DNA from: the human T2T-CHM13v2.0 reference genome, Homo sapiens | Assembly (NCBI RefSeq): GCF_009914755.1 | Contig: NC_060937.1 | DNA: 64,000 nucleotides | Strand: one strand, 5' to 3' | Part shown: positions 41,980 to 56,548 of the stretch, piece after piece | Layout of the letters: each line of letters opens with the position of its first letter | How positions within the stretch are numbered: position 1 is the stretch's first letter | Notes under the pieces: model-generated | Database searches by the model: none | What the model saw: only the letters and a program-made list of their open reading frames with translations | Told to the model about the DNA's origin: nothing | Made by a program: the position numbers and the translations under genes

Positions 41980-43070
41980 TCTGGCTTCTCTAGTTACCTA
42001 ACTCTAAATATTGGGGTCCCCAAGACTAATTTCTCCCTGGATAGCTGCTTCACTTCTAGGGCTTTAAGTGCCATCCACATTTGTAAGCTCTAACATGTGT
42101 ATGCCTAGAGCCAGCACTAACATGTTCTCTGAGCAGCAGCTTGTGCCTAGCTGCTTACTTGACCTCACTATCTCATTGTCTTAAGAGTGTCTCAAATACA
42201 ACAGGCTCAAAACAGAGCTGTTTTTCTGCCCTCAACCTCTTTCTCCTGAAGTGCCCCTACCCAATAAACAGCATCATTATTCACACTATTTCTTCTAGCT
42301 AGAAAACTTGTCTTGTCTTTTCCTCACTTGCCACATCCAGTCCAACATTGTGTCCCACATATACAGGCTCCATCACCAAAATAGATTTCCATGTACTTCT
42401 CTGTGTTTCTACTGCCACCACTGTCCTTTAAGCTTCTATCACTTTTCACTTGGAAAACAGCAAGAACCCTCTAACTTCCCCATATTCATTCCTCCCAACA
42501 TACCTTAATCTGTCCCACCTAGTTGCCAAATGAGTTTGCAAAGTGTAAACTATATCGTCACATCATTCACTTCCTTAATATCCTTCTGTCATTTCTCAAT
42601 CCTCTTAAAATAAATTTAGATTTTTTTTTACCAAGAGTAAATCATTTGCTATGTTCTCATTTCTGAGAAGGGAATATTTCTCCACCTTCATTATTCAGTG
42701 TTTTTGACTTACTATTCTTCAAACACGTTGGCCTTCTTTTACTGCCTGTAACATGCCAAGCTATTTCTTGTCCCAAGAACTTTTCATTTGTTTTTCTAGG
42801 CTCTGTTCCTAGAACATTGGCTGTCTGGCTCCTTCTCATCCCTTGGCTGTCACTGAACCCTTCCCTGACTACCCTAGTTAACAGTGTTCTTGCTATTGAA
42901 TATACTAGCATTTTCTTTTTGTCTTCTATTACTCAAATGTTGCTTATCGTTATTTTCTTCCCTAGAAGACCGTAATTACCATGAAGACAGGGCCAATGCC
43001 TATTTCACTTACTGTTATATTCTAAGCTGTTAATACAATTCCTGATACATAGAAAATATTTCTTGAAGAG
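41980..43070 (+). mobile_element. L2 fragments
   Basis: actctaaatattggggtccccaagact, tctcaaatacaaca..ctcaaaacagagct, ccatgaagacaggg, aattcctgatacatag. Confidence 0.6.
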
Positions 43071-43252
43071 ATAACTAAATTATTAGAGTTTATTAAAAAG
43101 AGGGTATTGAAAGTTGTTTTGTTCTTAAGTAAAGTCATATAAATGACAACTCAAAGCATTTGAATATTAATGTATTTTGATGATTGGCTGAGCTAGATAC
43201 CAACTTAACTTCGTGGAAGGATATAATAGATTAGCTAATAATAAAAAATCAT

Positions 43253-43566
43253 CGCCAGGCACAGTGGCTCACACCTGTAATCCCAGCACTTTGGGAGGCC
43301 GAGGCGGGCAGATCATGAGGTCAGGAGATCAAGACCATCCTGGCCAACACAGTAAAACCCTGTCTCTACTAAAAATACAAAAATTAGCTGGGCGTGGTGG
43401 CACATGCCTGTAATCCCAGCTATTCGGGAGGCTGAGGCAGGAGAATGGCTTGAACCCGGGAGTCGGAGGGTGCAGTGAGTCAAAATTGCCACTGCGCTCC
43501 AGCCTGGTGACAGAGCAAGACTCCATCTCAAAAAAATAAAATAAAATAATAATAAATAAATAAAAA
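43253..43566 (+). mobile_element. AluSc-like
   Basis: gatcatgaggtcaggagatcaagaccatcctggccaac and agcctggtgacagagc; TSD aataaaaaatcatc. Confidence 0.92.
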
Positions 43567-43669
43567 ATCATCTATTTTCTTGCATAACATTTTATATTAT
43601 TTGCAATGAGATGCCATAAAATTATTCTTAATAATATTGTAAATCAAAGGCAGAATATCAACTTCTAAA

Positions 43670-44030
43670 AGGGGAAAAATTGTCTCATACTACAACATGG
43701 AAGGATCTTTAAGATATGTTAAATAAAATAAGCCAGTCATGAAAAGAAAAACACTGTATGATTTCACTTATATAGGTACCTAGAGTAGTCAGATATATAG
43801 ACAGAAGCTGGAATGGTGATTTCCAGGAGCTGAGAAGAGAAGGGAATGGGACTTACTGTTTTATGGGTGCTTAGTTTCAATTTGGGAAGATGAAAATATT
43901 CTAGAGATGAATGGTGGTGATGGTTGTACGACAATGAGAATATACTTAATGCTACTGAACCATACACTTAAAATGGTTAAGATGGTAAATTTTATGTTAT
44001 ATCTATTTTACCATAATAAAAAATATTGTA
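43670..44030 (+). mobile_element. L1MB 3' end
   Basis: tactacaacatgg...gtatgatttcacttatataggtacctagagtagtca...tacacttaaaatggttaagatggtaaattttatgttat plus A tail. Confidence 0.85.
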
Positions 44031-44049
44031 GAAAAAAGTAGCCATAGGT

Positions 44050-44570
44050 CTACTTTAATTATCTGTTTCTTTTTATGTGGGTTTTAATAGATTGTGTCTT
44101 CACGGAATTGGTCCAAATGATCCAGGTTATCAGATTCTTGGACAAATCATTGTTTGTAATATTCTATTATTATCCTTTTAATGTCCATAAGGTAAGATAT
44201 AATCATCTCTCTCTTAATTTTCATATTGAACATTTGTGTCTTCTCTCTTTTTACTTGTTTAGCCTGGCCTAATATTTATCAATTTTATTGATCTTTTCAA
44301 ATAGCCAACTTTTGTTTTATTGATTTTCTCTGTTGGTTTTCTATTTCCAGTTGTATTGATTTGTCATGGAATTGATTGTATTTCTTTTCTTATGACCAAT
44401 TTAGTTTTATATTGCTCTTCTTTAGTGTTTTAAAGTGAAAGATTACATCACTGATTTTATATTTTTCATTGCTTCTGATTGCATTCATGCTGTAAATTTC
44501 TTTCCAAGTATTACTCTTGCTGTATCCTACACATTTTCATAATATGTATTTTCATTTTCCATATAGTACT
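44050..44570 (-). mobile_element. L1 ORF2-region fragment
   Basis: tttatcaattttattgatcttttcaaatagccaactttt and ttgctgtatcctacacattt motifs. Confidence 0.7.
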
Positions 44571-45788
44571 AATTAAATTTGAAAAAAAAGGCAGAAAACA
44601 AAAAAAAGACAGAATATTTTTCTATGCAATACAGATTAAATGATTTCAGTTGTGTCAAATTGTGATAATTCTTACCAACCTAGGGTCAGTAAGAAACATG
44701 AGCATTTGAGAAGTTCATAGCCCAATTGAGCTGGTACTAGAAGCTCTCTTTCTCTTCATTTTTGGTTTCTTGTACAACAGATTCTCTGCCTTCAAAGATG
44801 GACAACTTTTTATTTAACTCTTTAAGGACATCTGGACTTTAAGTGGACTTTGGTTTTCATGGAGAAGTAAAGATGTACTCAATTTAACAATTATTCATTG
44901 AGTAGATAGGGGCGTAGGGGTGCCAGTTTTCTAACTTGGCTCTACTCTACAGTTTGATTTGTGGGTAAAAATGAGAAAGATGTTTTGAAAAAGACAATTT
45001 CAATCTCCTCCAAGTTTTTGAAGATCCACTGTGTCTCAGGCATTGTGTTAGGCACTCTGAAGACTACAGTGCTGACAGAAGTAATACTCAGAAAATTCAT
45101 AGTAGAGTAGTGGATTCATTTGACACATAACTATATACCATGAGATGGAAGTCAAAAAAGTTCCACAGGAGGTAAAAAAAAAAAATAAGGTATTACAGAA
45201 ATTCAGAGGAGAGACAATGAGTCTCACTTAGGGATATTAGGTAAATCTTCACAGAAGGGTAGTCGCTTTTTGCTGAGCTTTGAAAATTACTCAGAACCTG
45301 AATGTGTATAGTAAGGGAAAGGTACTTCTACCTCTGCAAAAACATGAGGTCAGAAAAGCATGACAAATGTGCAGGAAACAATGAATGGGCCAGTTTGGTT
45401 AAAGGGAGAAGAGAAGGAATACAATTGGAAATGTAGCTTCTGTTTTTCAAGAAGCTAAAACATAACAAAGGCTAGAGTAGGTAAACTCTATGCCATGAGT
45501 ATTAGGAAGTTATACGGGACTAAATATCAAGGCAAGTTGTGCTGTAGGAATCTACGAGCCAGAGTATTGGAGAGACATGACAGGAAGTTTTTTCCAACGT
45601 TGTGATGGTGATGTAAGTGGGAATGTTGGAGGTGGTTTCAACAAGACTTGACAACAAGCTGGATGAGGGCAGTAAGGGAAATTCAAATGAGACTCAAAAC
45701 ATCATGAACTGGTTGATTGAAAGGATAGCTGTTACATTAAAAGAAATGAGAAAGACAAGCAGCTTTTGGAAAGAAAATCATATATGGA

Positions 45789-46255
45789 TGTAGGAGATCG
45801 GTCAGGGTGGTGGGAAAAATTGTAGAAGATGCAAACCTTCTTGGAAGGCTGGAAGATTTTACAAAAGCTTTGGAAAAGGATTTGGCTGAAGGCAGCCAGA
45901 TTCTCTTATCTGGTGAAACTAATCTAAATAAGTAAGTTAACATAGGCCTTGGAACCTGGCCTTTGATCATCTGAGTGCAGGACTACTCTCTCTGGGGAGG
46001 GGAGGGGACGGGAGAGACCATGTAAATTGCCCACAAGTGTGTTGACTCAGAGCCTTTGTGATTAAATCTATACTGAATAAATGCCTGCAGTGCCAGCTTG
46101 TCAGGGCCACGGCTGCTGACTCTTTACAGCACCCTCCTTGGTGTCTGGTGTCTGTGAGCAGCCTGGTCCCCTAGCCCACTCTTTCACTGGATACCTGTGT
46201 CTGGGTGCATTTGTTCATCCGTTGTTCCACCAGGGTCTATGGGTCGGACCCTGCC
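45789..46255 (+). mobile_element. Solo LTR22 (HERV-K22/HML-5)
   Basis: tgtaggagatcggtcagggtggtgggaaaaattgtagaagatgcaaaccttcttggaagg...gggtcggaccctgcc. AATAAA at 46076; 6-bp TSD tatgga/tatgta. Confidence 0.85.
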
Positions 46256-47286
46256 TATGTAGCTCTGGAGGTATTAAGTGGGGATGCTAATAGAACACAA
46301 AGTGTGGAATCATGAAAGGGGAATGTAGGAGAAAATCAGGGGCTGGAGATACAGCCCTGTGGTCTTGGCAGTTATCTGAAAGCCCAAAATTTAATGGATT
46401 TTTCAAGAAAGAAATTATGGAGAGATTAAAAAAGATGATTAAAGATAAACATTGGGTGAATACCTGCACTTATTCATTCAGTAAAAAAAAAAAAAAAAAA
46501 AAAAGTAGAAGAATAAATAGAGACAAAGGAGGAGTGTTGAATGAGGCCAAGAGAATTTTGTGGCATGCCAATAGAGAAGAGACTTGCAAGGAGAGAAAGT
46601 GCCTGTGAATATCAAATATATACCTTCAAATGATGTGGTGGTTGAAAGAGACAAGAATTAAGAAATCCTGCTGTGTCTCACTTTCTAAAGTGAAATATAG
46701 AAGCAAAGCAACACATTGGGAAGAGTGTAGACATTGGAATCAGAGGAACTAGAGTCAGTTCCGATCTGGCTGAGCCAATTATCGGTCACATGTTTACATG
46801 CATGCTACTTTTAAACTTTAATGGTTTCAGTTTTTGGGTTTTTTGTTTGTTTCTTTTTTTGTTTTTACTTTGCATGTAAATCAAGCTAGGTGAAAAAGAC
46901 CACAATTACCTCATTTATTTGTTTATTTATTTACTTTTTTCCTTTTTTGCTAACCTGTGTGACAAGAACAGTCATTAGCCTTAGAAAGTGCCAGAGCACT
47001 TGCTGATTGAGTGCATGTTAAAGGTATGGCAGCGACATTTTTCTTGCAGATTTAGTAGTCCCCCATTCGTATCCGATGTTTTTCCCAGAATATTTTTTAA
47101 AAGAATGTCAGACATTCCTAGTATCCTGTCTTTCTTTCAGGATCCCAATTTTCTCCAGGGGAGCAACATATGCTGGATTAAAAAACCGCTCTCCCAGACC
47201 TTCTCTGGCTGTTAGGAGGCACTTGTTGCATGGCCTGTGAGGTAGGGATGTGGTATAACCCAGGGAAAATCTCTCTTATTTAATTT

Positions 47287-47631
47287 AAAAAGCAAAAAAA
47301 AAAAAAAAAAACAACAACAACAAAAAAAAATAGTTTTCCAAGAAACCCTCTCCAGGAGACTTCTGCTTACCTCTCAGTGATCAAAAACCTTTTCACCACA
47401 GTTACTTACCACGTCCTACCGATCCGCATTCTCGCAAGTGTCCTTCACTCCATTTACTCTACTGCATTTTTCACTGTATTTCTCATGCCAAAACTTGGGC
47501 TTCTCCACCAGTCTGCACACGTTCATGCTCTCAATTCTCACAGCCATCTATTTCATTCTCCACTAAACTGTTAGAGGGATTTCTGTAGAAATTAAAGAAA
47601 TTCCTATCACTCCTAAAAAAAAAAGAAAAAA
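47287..47631 (+). mobile_element. Candidate orphan retrotransposon 3' transduction
   Basis: A-tract/(CAA)n, ~284 bp of non-repeat sequence, ATTAAA at 47591-47596, second A-tract from 47615; TTT/AAAA L1-endonuclease-like site at the left end. Confidence 0.6.
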
Positions 47632-48757
47632 TAATTATAATAATTAATTGCAAACCATTAAGCATTGGTTACTCATCCTCCCTGTGGAGAGCTGAATGGA
47701 GGGGGAGCAGATGGAGCAAGGTTCACTCCTGAGGGTCCTGCCAGAGCAAATGGTCAGGAGAGAACGGTGTCAACAGCTTCAGAGAGGCTAATCAGTGTGA
47801 ATGATGAGCGTATCTGTCCCTGGGAGAAGAGCAGGGACCACTTTGTCCATGGTGCTTGATTTTGTATCCCCTAGTGCATAGCAAAATGCTCTGTTGATAA
47901 CAGATACTCAGTAACTCTTCGCTAGGCAAATAGTTGATTCAGAGAGACCCTGCTGTAAGGTAATGCACATATCAGGAAAAGGAATAAAGGGTCGAGCGGA
48001 AACTGAAATGGAAGAAATTGAAATGGAATATCATGCAATCTAATGGTGTGTTGGTGGCAGGCAATAAACAGGTGTACATCCTGGTATATAGCTGTCACAA
48101 ATACAATGTTACATATATACCAAAAGATAAACATCTGAAAAACCAGGAACCAATGTCAGGAACCAAACCAAAAAAAATGTGCCAAACATGAATCCAAGCT
48201 AATGTTAATTTTTATGCAATAATAGAGAGACACCATTACTTCCACTTGTATCTGTTGTTATTTGTAAGCAGAGAGGTATACAGATAAACTAATATAGTGC
48301 CAAATGCCATTTGTATGAAAGTTACCCTTTTGTTTTATTAGTAAGCAATAGGAGAACAATCAATAAATACTGCCACCAGTGGTAATGTGACTAGCCTTGC
48401 AAATTGGTCTGGATGGCATGGTGTGTGCAATGAAGAATAGCGCTAAGACTCCATACTGATAAAAATGCAAATGAAGAAGTATTTTCTATCAAGAAAGGTG
48501 GTATAATTCCATTTAAAATTATTGCAAGATTTCTTTCTCTCAAGTCATCTCCTATGCTACATTCAAATTTATTATGTTAAGCTAGAACTCTGTTGTAAGT
48601 TCTTTCAAACAATTACATGCCAAATTGACTATGCATAAAGAAGAATGTGTTGGATGGGAAATGAGATCCTATGGTTTACACATTTCTTTCTTAAAACTCT
48701 CTGCTTCAGCTGGTTATTTCCTCATCCTCTCACTCCTTTCCTGTGGTTGCTTCACAG

Positions 48758-48904
48758 GCCACGGCACATGTTCCTGTGGTCGCTGTGTTTGTGAGAGAGG
48801 ATGGTTTGGAAAGCTCTGCCAACATCCGCGGAAGTGTAACATGACGGAAGAACAAAGCAAGAATCTGTGTGAATCAGCAGATGGCATATTGTGCTCGGGG
48901 AAGG
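48758..48904 (+). CDS. ITGBL1: ITGBL1 internal coding exon (probably exon 9), 147 nt, phase 1-1
   Basis: Pyrimidine tract and ttcacAG acceptor end at 48757; donor GTgagt starts at 48905. Translates (G)[48 protein letters not shown](G), contained in ORF 48625..48960 and in frame with the previous exon. Confidence 0.97.
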
Positions 48905-49504
48905 GTGAGTATCTCTGCTGGTGCCTGGACTCCATTCCTGTTCTGACACATGATTTGTAGAACAGCATGTAGCAACTGTCTTTCCCAGACTGAACTTTGC
49001 ATGAAAGCAAACCACTATGTCCTCTGCTGTCCCCAACTTGAAGCTTGAAGATTAACCAAATGAAGTTTTGGATCTAAGAAAATGAAATGCGTGTGAGAGG
49101 ATTCATGCAAAAATATCCTTGTATGCAAAGTTATTGCTGAATGAAATAGAATTAATACTTTTATCAAGAAATTAGGACAACAAAATATACCAGATACTAA
49201 ATGGACCCAAAAATGGGGAAAAAAGGCAAAAGAATGATTATTGGGCTCACCTCTGAAACAACACAGCTCAGAACTACAGAAAAGTAATCACAAGCATCTG
49301 AGCTGCCCAAAGATATGACTTTGGGAACTTCTGGGGCTAAATTATTTAGCTGTATGTGGAGCAGGGGAAGATTGAAGGTGTGAGAAGACATAAAAGGAGA
49401 CAAAATATTTAATTTAGTTTAATTTTTTTAAAAAGGAAAGAAAAGCTATGGGGGAGGGGTAGTATCCCACAAGTCTGATGGAATTTTCTTTGCCCTAAAA
49501 ATCA

Positions 49505-49874
<370 letters not shown>

Positions 49875-50024
49875 GGTAATAATTAAACAAAGAAAACAAA
49901 AGCCTGCCAAATGGTTATAACCTACAAGTTGGTTGAATAGAAGCCACCAACCCAATAAAACATTTGCCATGGAAACATATTAAAGGAAAAAGCAAGCCTT
50001 CTCCATCTCCCATCCTACACACAT

Positions 50025-50028
<4 letters not shown>

Positions 50029-50068
<40 letters not shown>

Positions 50069-50078
50069 ACATACACAC
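50029..50078. repeat. (CA)n microsatellite
   Basis: Read directly; about 17 pure units plus interrupted units. Confidence 0.95.
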
Positions 50079-51085
50079 AAATTGGAAGAGGATTCCCCTG
50101 AGTAAAGAATGCTAATAGATTAAATTTTGAACACCTTGATTTTGATGTTTCTGTATACTATTCTTGAAGGGACTTTAAAATCCTGCCATTGTAATGCATA
50201 TGGCATCATCTAGAAAGCTGTTGTGTTCTTCTTTGCTAGTGACTAGGAAGACACAGGGAGCCTGAAAGATTCTCACCTCATGTCTGGGGAGCAGCGCTTC
50301 AAAGAAACTGAAGTTAGGGGCTTCCCAGCTCTCCTCTTCAGCTCAGTATCCTCTTTACACCACAGACACACTTTTTTTTTTCTGACAAGGCACAGCTCTG
50401 GCTGAAGCTTCATTTACCCTCAAAACCTCTGCTGGTCAGGATGACCAGGTAAATAATTTTCTGAAGAAGACAGCAAAGCAAAAGTGTGCTAGAGACACTG
50501 AATCCTGTTGCCAAAGAACCACACCAGTGAGGCTGCCACACACGAAGGAAGGAGGTCTCTGAAGCAAGATGTGCCGTGTGTCCCCTAAACAGTAGCTTTT
50601 GTTTTGCCTCGTATGCAAGACCAATGCTATCAAGTTGAAAGAGACTTTTTGGCAGAACTTCAGACATCAAAGAGGATGGATGCTGTGACTATCTGTGGTG
50701 CCAAGAAGGGGGATGAAAATGAATGCAGATGTATTCACTTCAATAGATGACAGTGTCCTTGGTTTCCAGGAGTTCTGTGTTCAACACTTGTATTTACAAT
50801 GCTCAGGCAAGGAGGCCATGCCATCAACCTAATGTCATTACAGCAGGCAGGTGGAAAATGAGTTTAAAGCAATCGCTTTGTGCCTTGTTTGTTCTCTCAC
50901 TAATTCAATCTAATCTCAAGCCCCAAACAGATCTTCCACCAGTTCTGTTCTCAGGGGGCTTCAGCCCCTAGAAACACCTACCTTGAATTCAAGCTGTGTT
51001 GGGACAACCAAAAAGAAGGAAAGGTTAAAAGGAAGAAAACAAGGGAAAGAATTGGGGAGAAGGAGATTAAGGAAGAAAAGCAGGA

Positions 51086-51395
<310 letters not shown>

Positions 51396-52819
51396 GAAAA
51401 GCAGGAAAGGAGGCAGGGATGGAATTAAACTGCAAGAGAGAAGTAGGAGAGAATAAAAGAGATGTTATCAGAGGGGAATGATCTGTGTATAAAAAGATAC
51501 TGAGAATGAATCGTTTTTGAATTAGATTTTTTTTTCCTCTGAGCATGGCTTCAGACATAGAGCACTTAAGTTTAGATACTTTTTTACTTGGTTTTCTGTA
51601 ATGGCATTGTCACTGGGATAAGAATAGAAGCTTTTCACAGAAGCTCTACTGAAAAAGATACCCATACATATTAAAACACTAGTGTGCTTATTTATATTTG
51701 TTTATTTTAAGAGTCAACTATTGTTTGTGTTTGTGTGTTTACTACGCTCACTATTGAATCATTAACACTTTCCATAAGCGGGTCTTCCCTAAGACCTGTC
51801 CAACTGCGAGTACAGGAAGAACACACAAAGCCATACCCTCCAGGGTAACAAATAGCAGTCTTCCATTTCCTAAACTGAAGGTCATGTAACAAGAGTTGTT
51901 TCTTCTCAGAAAATAAATATGCTTATGAAAGTCATTACAGCCCTAGGAAAGATTCTCATCTTTCAGCATCATAAATGTAGAAAATACAAAGAAAAAAATA
52001 GGTTGACTAAATATTGACTCAAAGGCATTTCCTGAAAACAAAACAAAACAAAGCCAAAGAGTCCCTCTAGCTAATGCCTTTGCAAATTGTTTGCTTTGGG
52101 AGGTGGCGATATATTCAGAGATCAATGAAGGGTTGAAAGCATATTTGTCTAAACTATTTGTTTATCCTTCAATGGGTAGGGAGTTTGGGAGTCCTTAAAC
52201 TTAAAAGGGAATATGAAAGCTGCCTCAAGGCTGCACATTTTGACATTCATGTTAGTGGACCGGCCTCCGGACTGTTGGCAGCAGCTGATCGTGATCTCCC
52301 TTCTTTTCCCCTTTTATGGAGACATCAATGCTGGATTATCGATGACGAAAGGGGATAAAACCAGGATCATGGAACTGTGATCTATGATAGGCGCAGAGGA
52401 TAATGGGGATGCCACAGTTACTCCTGGTTCCAGTGGGGAGCACTACCCCACAACCCACCCTGAGAACCACAGGAAAAGTAATGCATGAAATAGACTAAGG
52501 GACTTTAACATGGTGATGGAAAAGAAAAACCTGTTTCCGATTTTTTGACTGGGGCCATGTATTTCTAGATCAATTTCATGGACTTGTCCAAATTTTCTAT
52601 CATTTTTCTCAAATTTGTCAATGAAAGTCCCTCACCCTGATGGTCACAAAAGATATTCAAGTTCTTTCTTTATTTGATTATGGGACAGATCTTAGCAGTG
52701 GGCATGAGATCGCCATGGCACACAGCTTGGTGGCCTGTACCCACCAAAAGGCTGAAACGTGCACTTCCCATGAGCTGTGAATAAAGCTGTCACCTCAGGA
52801 GACGATGAAGAAATAGCGT

Positions 52820-52825
52820 TTTATT
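52820..52825 (-). terminator. Candidate distal poly(A) signal of the minus-strand (FGF14) transcript
   Basis: TTTATT on + (AATAAA on -). TGTA lies just upstream on the minus strand (taca at 52830-52833). Sits at the left edge of the repeat-poor zone. Confidence 0.65.
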
Positions 52826-55800
52826 TCTTTACAAATTTATAGCCAAGACAATAAATCACTCCATAGAAAAATTTAAAACAAGATACATTCTTGTGACCTT
52901 CATAACAGATGGAGTAGTTAGTACAATAGTGAAAACTGCCTGCTGGGATGTCAGGTTGCAGCATTTTGTCAGGCTTGAATGAAAAAGAAAGTCCAACATT
53001 AGTAATGGAATGGGCAACTGACAAAGGTGCCTTGCCCTTAGACTCAAATTGTTTTTGTGAATAACCAAGAGAGATGAGGTTAGTGCAGTGCCGGGTCTTC
53101 CCTAAGCTTAGCTACCTTTGCAAAGTACATGATATAATTCATTGTGGGTTGTTTTGTTCATTTGGGGATTTATTTGGCTTCAAGACTACACAATTATATC
53201 TTTGCCTTGACTACTTCAAGCTAGATCCAGATAATCACGTCCAATCTTCTTACAGATGCTGTTGTGTGACAATGGCTGTAAACACATGTCATTAACTGTC
53301 TCCTTAAACTCTCACAGTGATACTTCTTGGGTCCCACATCTTCCAAAGAAGTCCAGCATACACACACACTCACCCACCCACAACCTGTCACACATCCCCA
53401 GAAAAGAGAAAGAGTGAAAGATGCTTCACAAAATCGGCCTCAGCCTGGTGTTCAAGTTGCCTCGCTCAATATGCCTGTGCAGTCAGACCTGCAGGAAGAA
53501 ACAGCTCATTTTTAAACTACTGTATATGAAAGTTTTTGCCTGGAGATACATCACAGATAGGCAGATCACTAAAAAGAAGAGTGGATTGAATCAGAGTGAA
53601 GTCTTCAGTTAACTGTTTGTTTATTGCCTGTGAGGTCCAGGACAGTTTCCTTTATTCTCTCTTCCATTCTCATCTTTGAAGGTAAAATTTCATTTCTTTC
53701 CCCTTCCTATGTCCTAAGATGCCCTGAAGACACATGAGAAAATGTGGCTGATTCCCCAGGGATGGAAGCCAGCAAAAATGCACAGAAGGGAGATGGGAAC
53801 ATTCTCAAGGGTCCTTATATTGAGAAAGAAAATGAATGGATTAGTGGTGCTGTGGTGATGAACTATCTGCCCTAAAACTCCTGCCAAGATCAGCCAGCTG
53901 TTCTCTGGCTAGGCTGGGTCTCAGGGGTGTGAGTGGGTCTTGGCCAGCTGAGTTGAACCATTTCTCACCTCTTGATAGTCATGCAGCCTACATCTGTCTG
54001 ATGGAACCCTCTCCCTGTGTGCTTCCCATTTAAGAGAGGCACAATTTGACCCATGTTATGGAAGAAAACAGCTAGAGCGTTCTACAGGAAAAGTGCTATA
54101 ATAGGTCCTAATAACTATTCACACTGTGTTATTACTATGTGCTATCTAGTTCTAGTTTCACAAGCAGTAGAATAATTTCCTACCTCTAAGATGCACTGAG
54201 CATTGACAAACAGGAAAGAATAACACAGCTGGGAAAATGCTGACCTAGAAATGCTACTGTTTCATGACACATACAAAATCAATCCTCATTTTTTATTCTA
54301 AGTATTTCAGCGACTAGTAGACTTTCAGAACTGGAATTTACTCATCAAATGTTCTATCCATATATGCCATATTAGCTTTAGCTGAGCTTACCAGTTTTCT
54401 GAAAATGCTCTACTATGGCATGAAGCTAAGCATTCCAGAAGCAAGAGCAGTGATTAGAATAGTTCCAGGGCCAGAGGATAAGTTTGAAGATGAAATATAA
54501 GATATTTCATGAATTGTGACATATATAAAATGATATCCTGGGTGTATATATGAATATTATGGGCATATAAAATCAGCACTACTTTAGAAACAACTAAAGA
54601 CAGCCAAATACTTCAAATAACTAATTTTCCTTCACTCATGGAAATAAAACACTAAGTATGGTGCCTTTCGAGGAAACTTCTCTGATAGTCAATGAAATAC
54701 TCCATGTGGTCTTTGTTGGCAGATATATCACTATCCATTTGTTAAACAAGCAGTAGAGTGCTGTACATTTTTTTATGCCTAGAAATGTGAAAGAAAGTCT
54801 TCAAAATTCGGATAAAGAAATCTCTAAAATCAGGAAATTCCTCACCTTGATGAGACCACAAGGGAACCAGCATCCTTTGCAGACTGACCTGGGAGCAGCA
54901 GCTCACTGGGTCCTGAGAAACCACAGGGCTGTCAGTCAATTATTAAAACTGAGAAGACGTGTATATTTCCTCAAGAGCATGCAAATCAACCTGGACCCTC
55001 AGGAAAACAAGTCAAGACTAAATACAATTATGCCATAGCTACGCAAGAAGTTAAAAAACACAATTGTCACAATCTAAATAATTCTGACTGCACTCTTACT
55101 TTGAGAAGTGTGTCAAGAAATGGCAAACATTTAATTTGGACTTTGGGGATTTTTGCAGCTGAAATGCATATACCAGTTTCCCTGATATGAAATATCACAT
55201 AGTTGAGACACATGAACCTGAATCCTTTCATGATATCTGTGATGACCACAACTCCTTTTTCCTGATCACTTTAATCACCCAGGCTGTTAACTCATTTTTA
55301 ATCACTGTGTTTTAAAAGAAGCACTAATGATTGATCCTTGCCCCTTTTCAATATATTTTGAACTTACCAATTCTGCAGTTTTGTTAAATATGTCAAAATA
55401 CTCTTTTCAACTGCACATTTTTTCAACGTGATTTTGACTCAAAAAAAATACAGCCATCTTTTAGTAAATGGAAGTCATGTTTGGAAAGAACAACCAACCC
55501 AAGGAAACAGAAGGAAAAGAAAGTCCTTTTTATTTGTTTCTTTTTCATTGTAAAGTCTTTCCTGCTGTCGTTGAGGCAGTTTTTCCATGTAAGGGTTTTT
55601 AGTCTGTCATGGAAAGCTGTTTAGACTGAGAGAACTTCTGTCTTGGATACCATTCATCATCTCATTTATTTTCTTTTATTTTAAATATATCATTAATAAA
55701 ATTTTTACTCAGTAAGTAAAGATATTTTAAATAACCAAAGAGGAAGTTTTTTAGTTAGGTAGGAGAAATGGGTGAAGTGGAGGGAAAAAGAGTTGAATCC

Positions 55801-56434
55801 AGAGCCTCATAAAATATGAACTTTGGGAGTAATTTGAGCTATCCCAGTTTATGACAGAGGGTCCTGAGGATGAGTCTCACAAGGCAAATATACTGAGTGA
55901 CTGTATGCATTTTTAGCACTTTAATTAGCCACCCAATATGCAGGTGTGCTCCTACTCCAAGAAAATCATGTAAACGAAAATCCAAAATTATAAGCACAAT
56001 AATTTAGTAGTTGTTTTAATTAGAAATGCAACCTAATTTAATACAATTCCCTATTCATTTCCTTTAAAGAGCAGGCACTTTAAAAACATGATTCAATTTA
56101 GGAGGAAAAAATCTATTTTTGAATACTTTTTTGGAAGACCATCTATAAGAATCAACCCCATCCTGCTCTCATTGACATTTCAACCAGACTGGGCCATGGG
56201 ACATTTGTTCAAGGCTAATTGCAACTGTCTAGATCCATAATGAAGGCTTTCCTGGGTGACCTTTATGAATTACAGTAAGTAAAGCTCCCCTCTGAGAAAC
56301 CAGCCATTCAATACACTTTTACCTTTGGATGATGGGTTATTAGAAGCCTGTTGTCAGTGTGTCAACGATATTCTATTCGAGATGGAAACCTTTAGTTATA
56401 AGGTGATGGTGAGTAATAGCCTTTGTAATTTCAG

Positions 56435-56548
56435 GTTCTTGTCATTGTGGGAAGTGCATTTGTTCTGCTGAAGAGTGGTATATTTCTGGGGAGTTCTGTG
56501 ACTGTGATGACAGAGACTGCGACAAACATGATGGTCTCATTTGTACAG
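56435..56548 (+). CDS. ITGBL1: ITGBL1 penultimate coding exon (probably exon 10), 114 nt, phase 1-1
   Basis: Acceptor ctttgtaatttcAG ends at 56434; donor GTgcag starts at 56549. Translates (G)[37 protein letters not shown](G), paralogous to the repeat in the 34576 exon. Confidence 0.96.

Noticed and set aside
48625-49036. ORF 48625..48960 as a standalone gene, plus antisense ORFs
   Set aside because: Only 48758-48904 is bounded by splice sites; the rest is intronic read-through.
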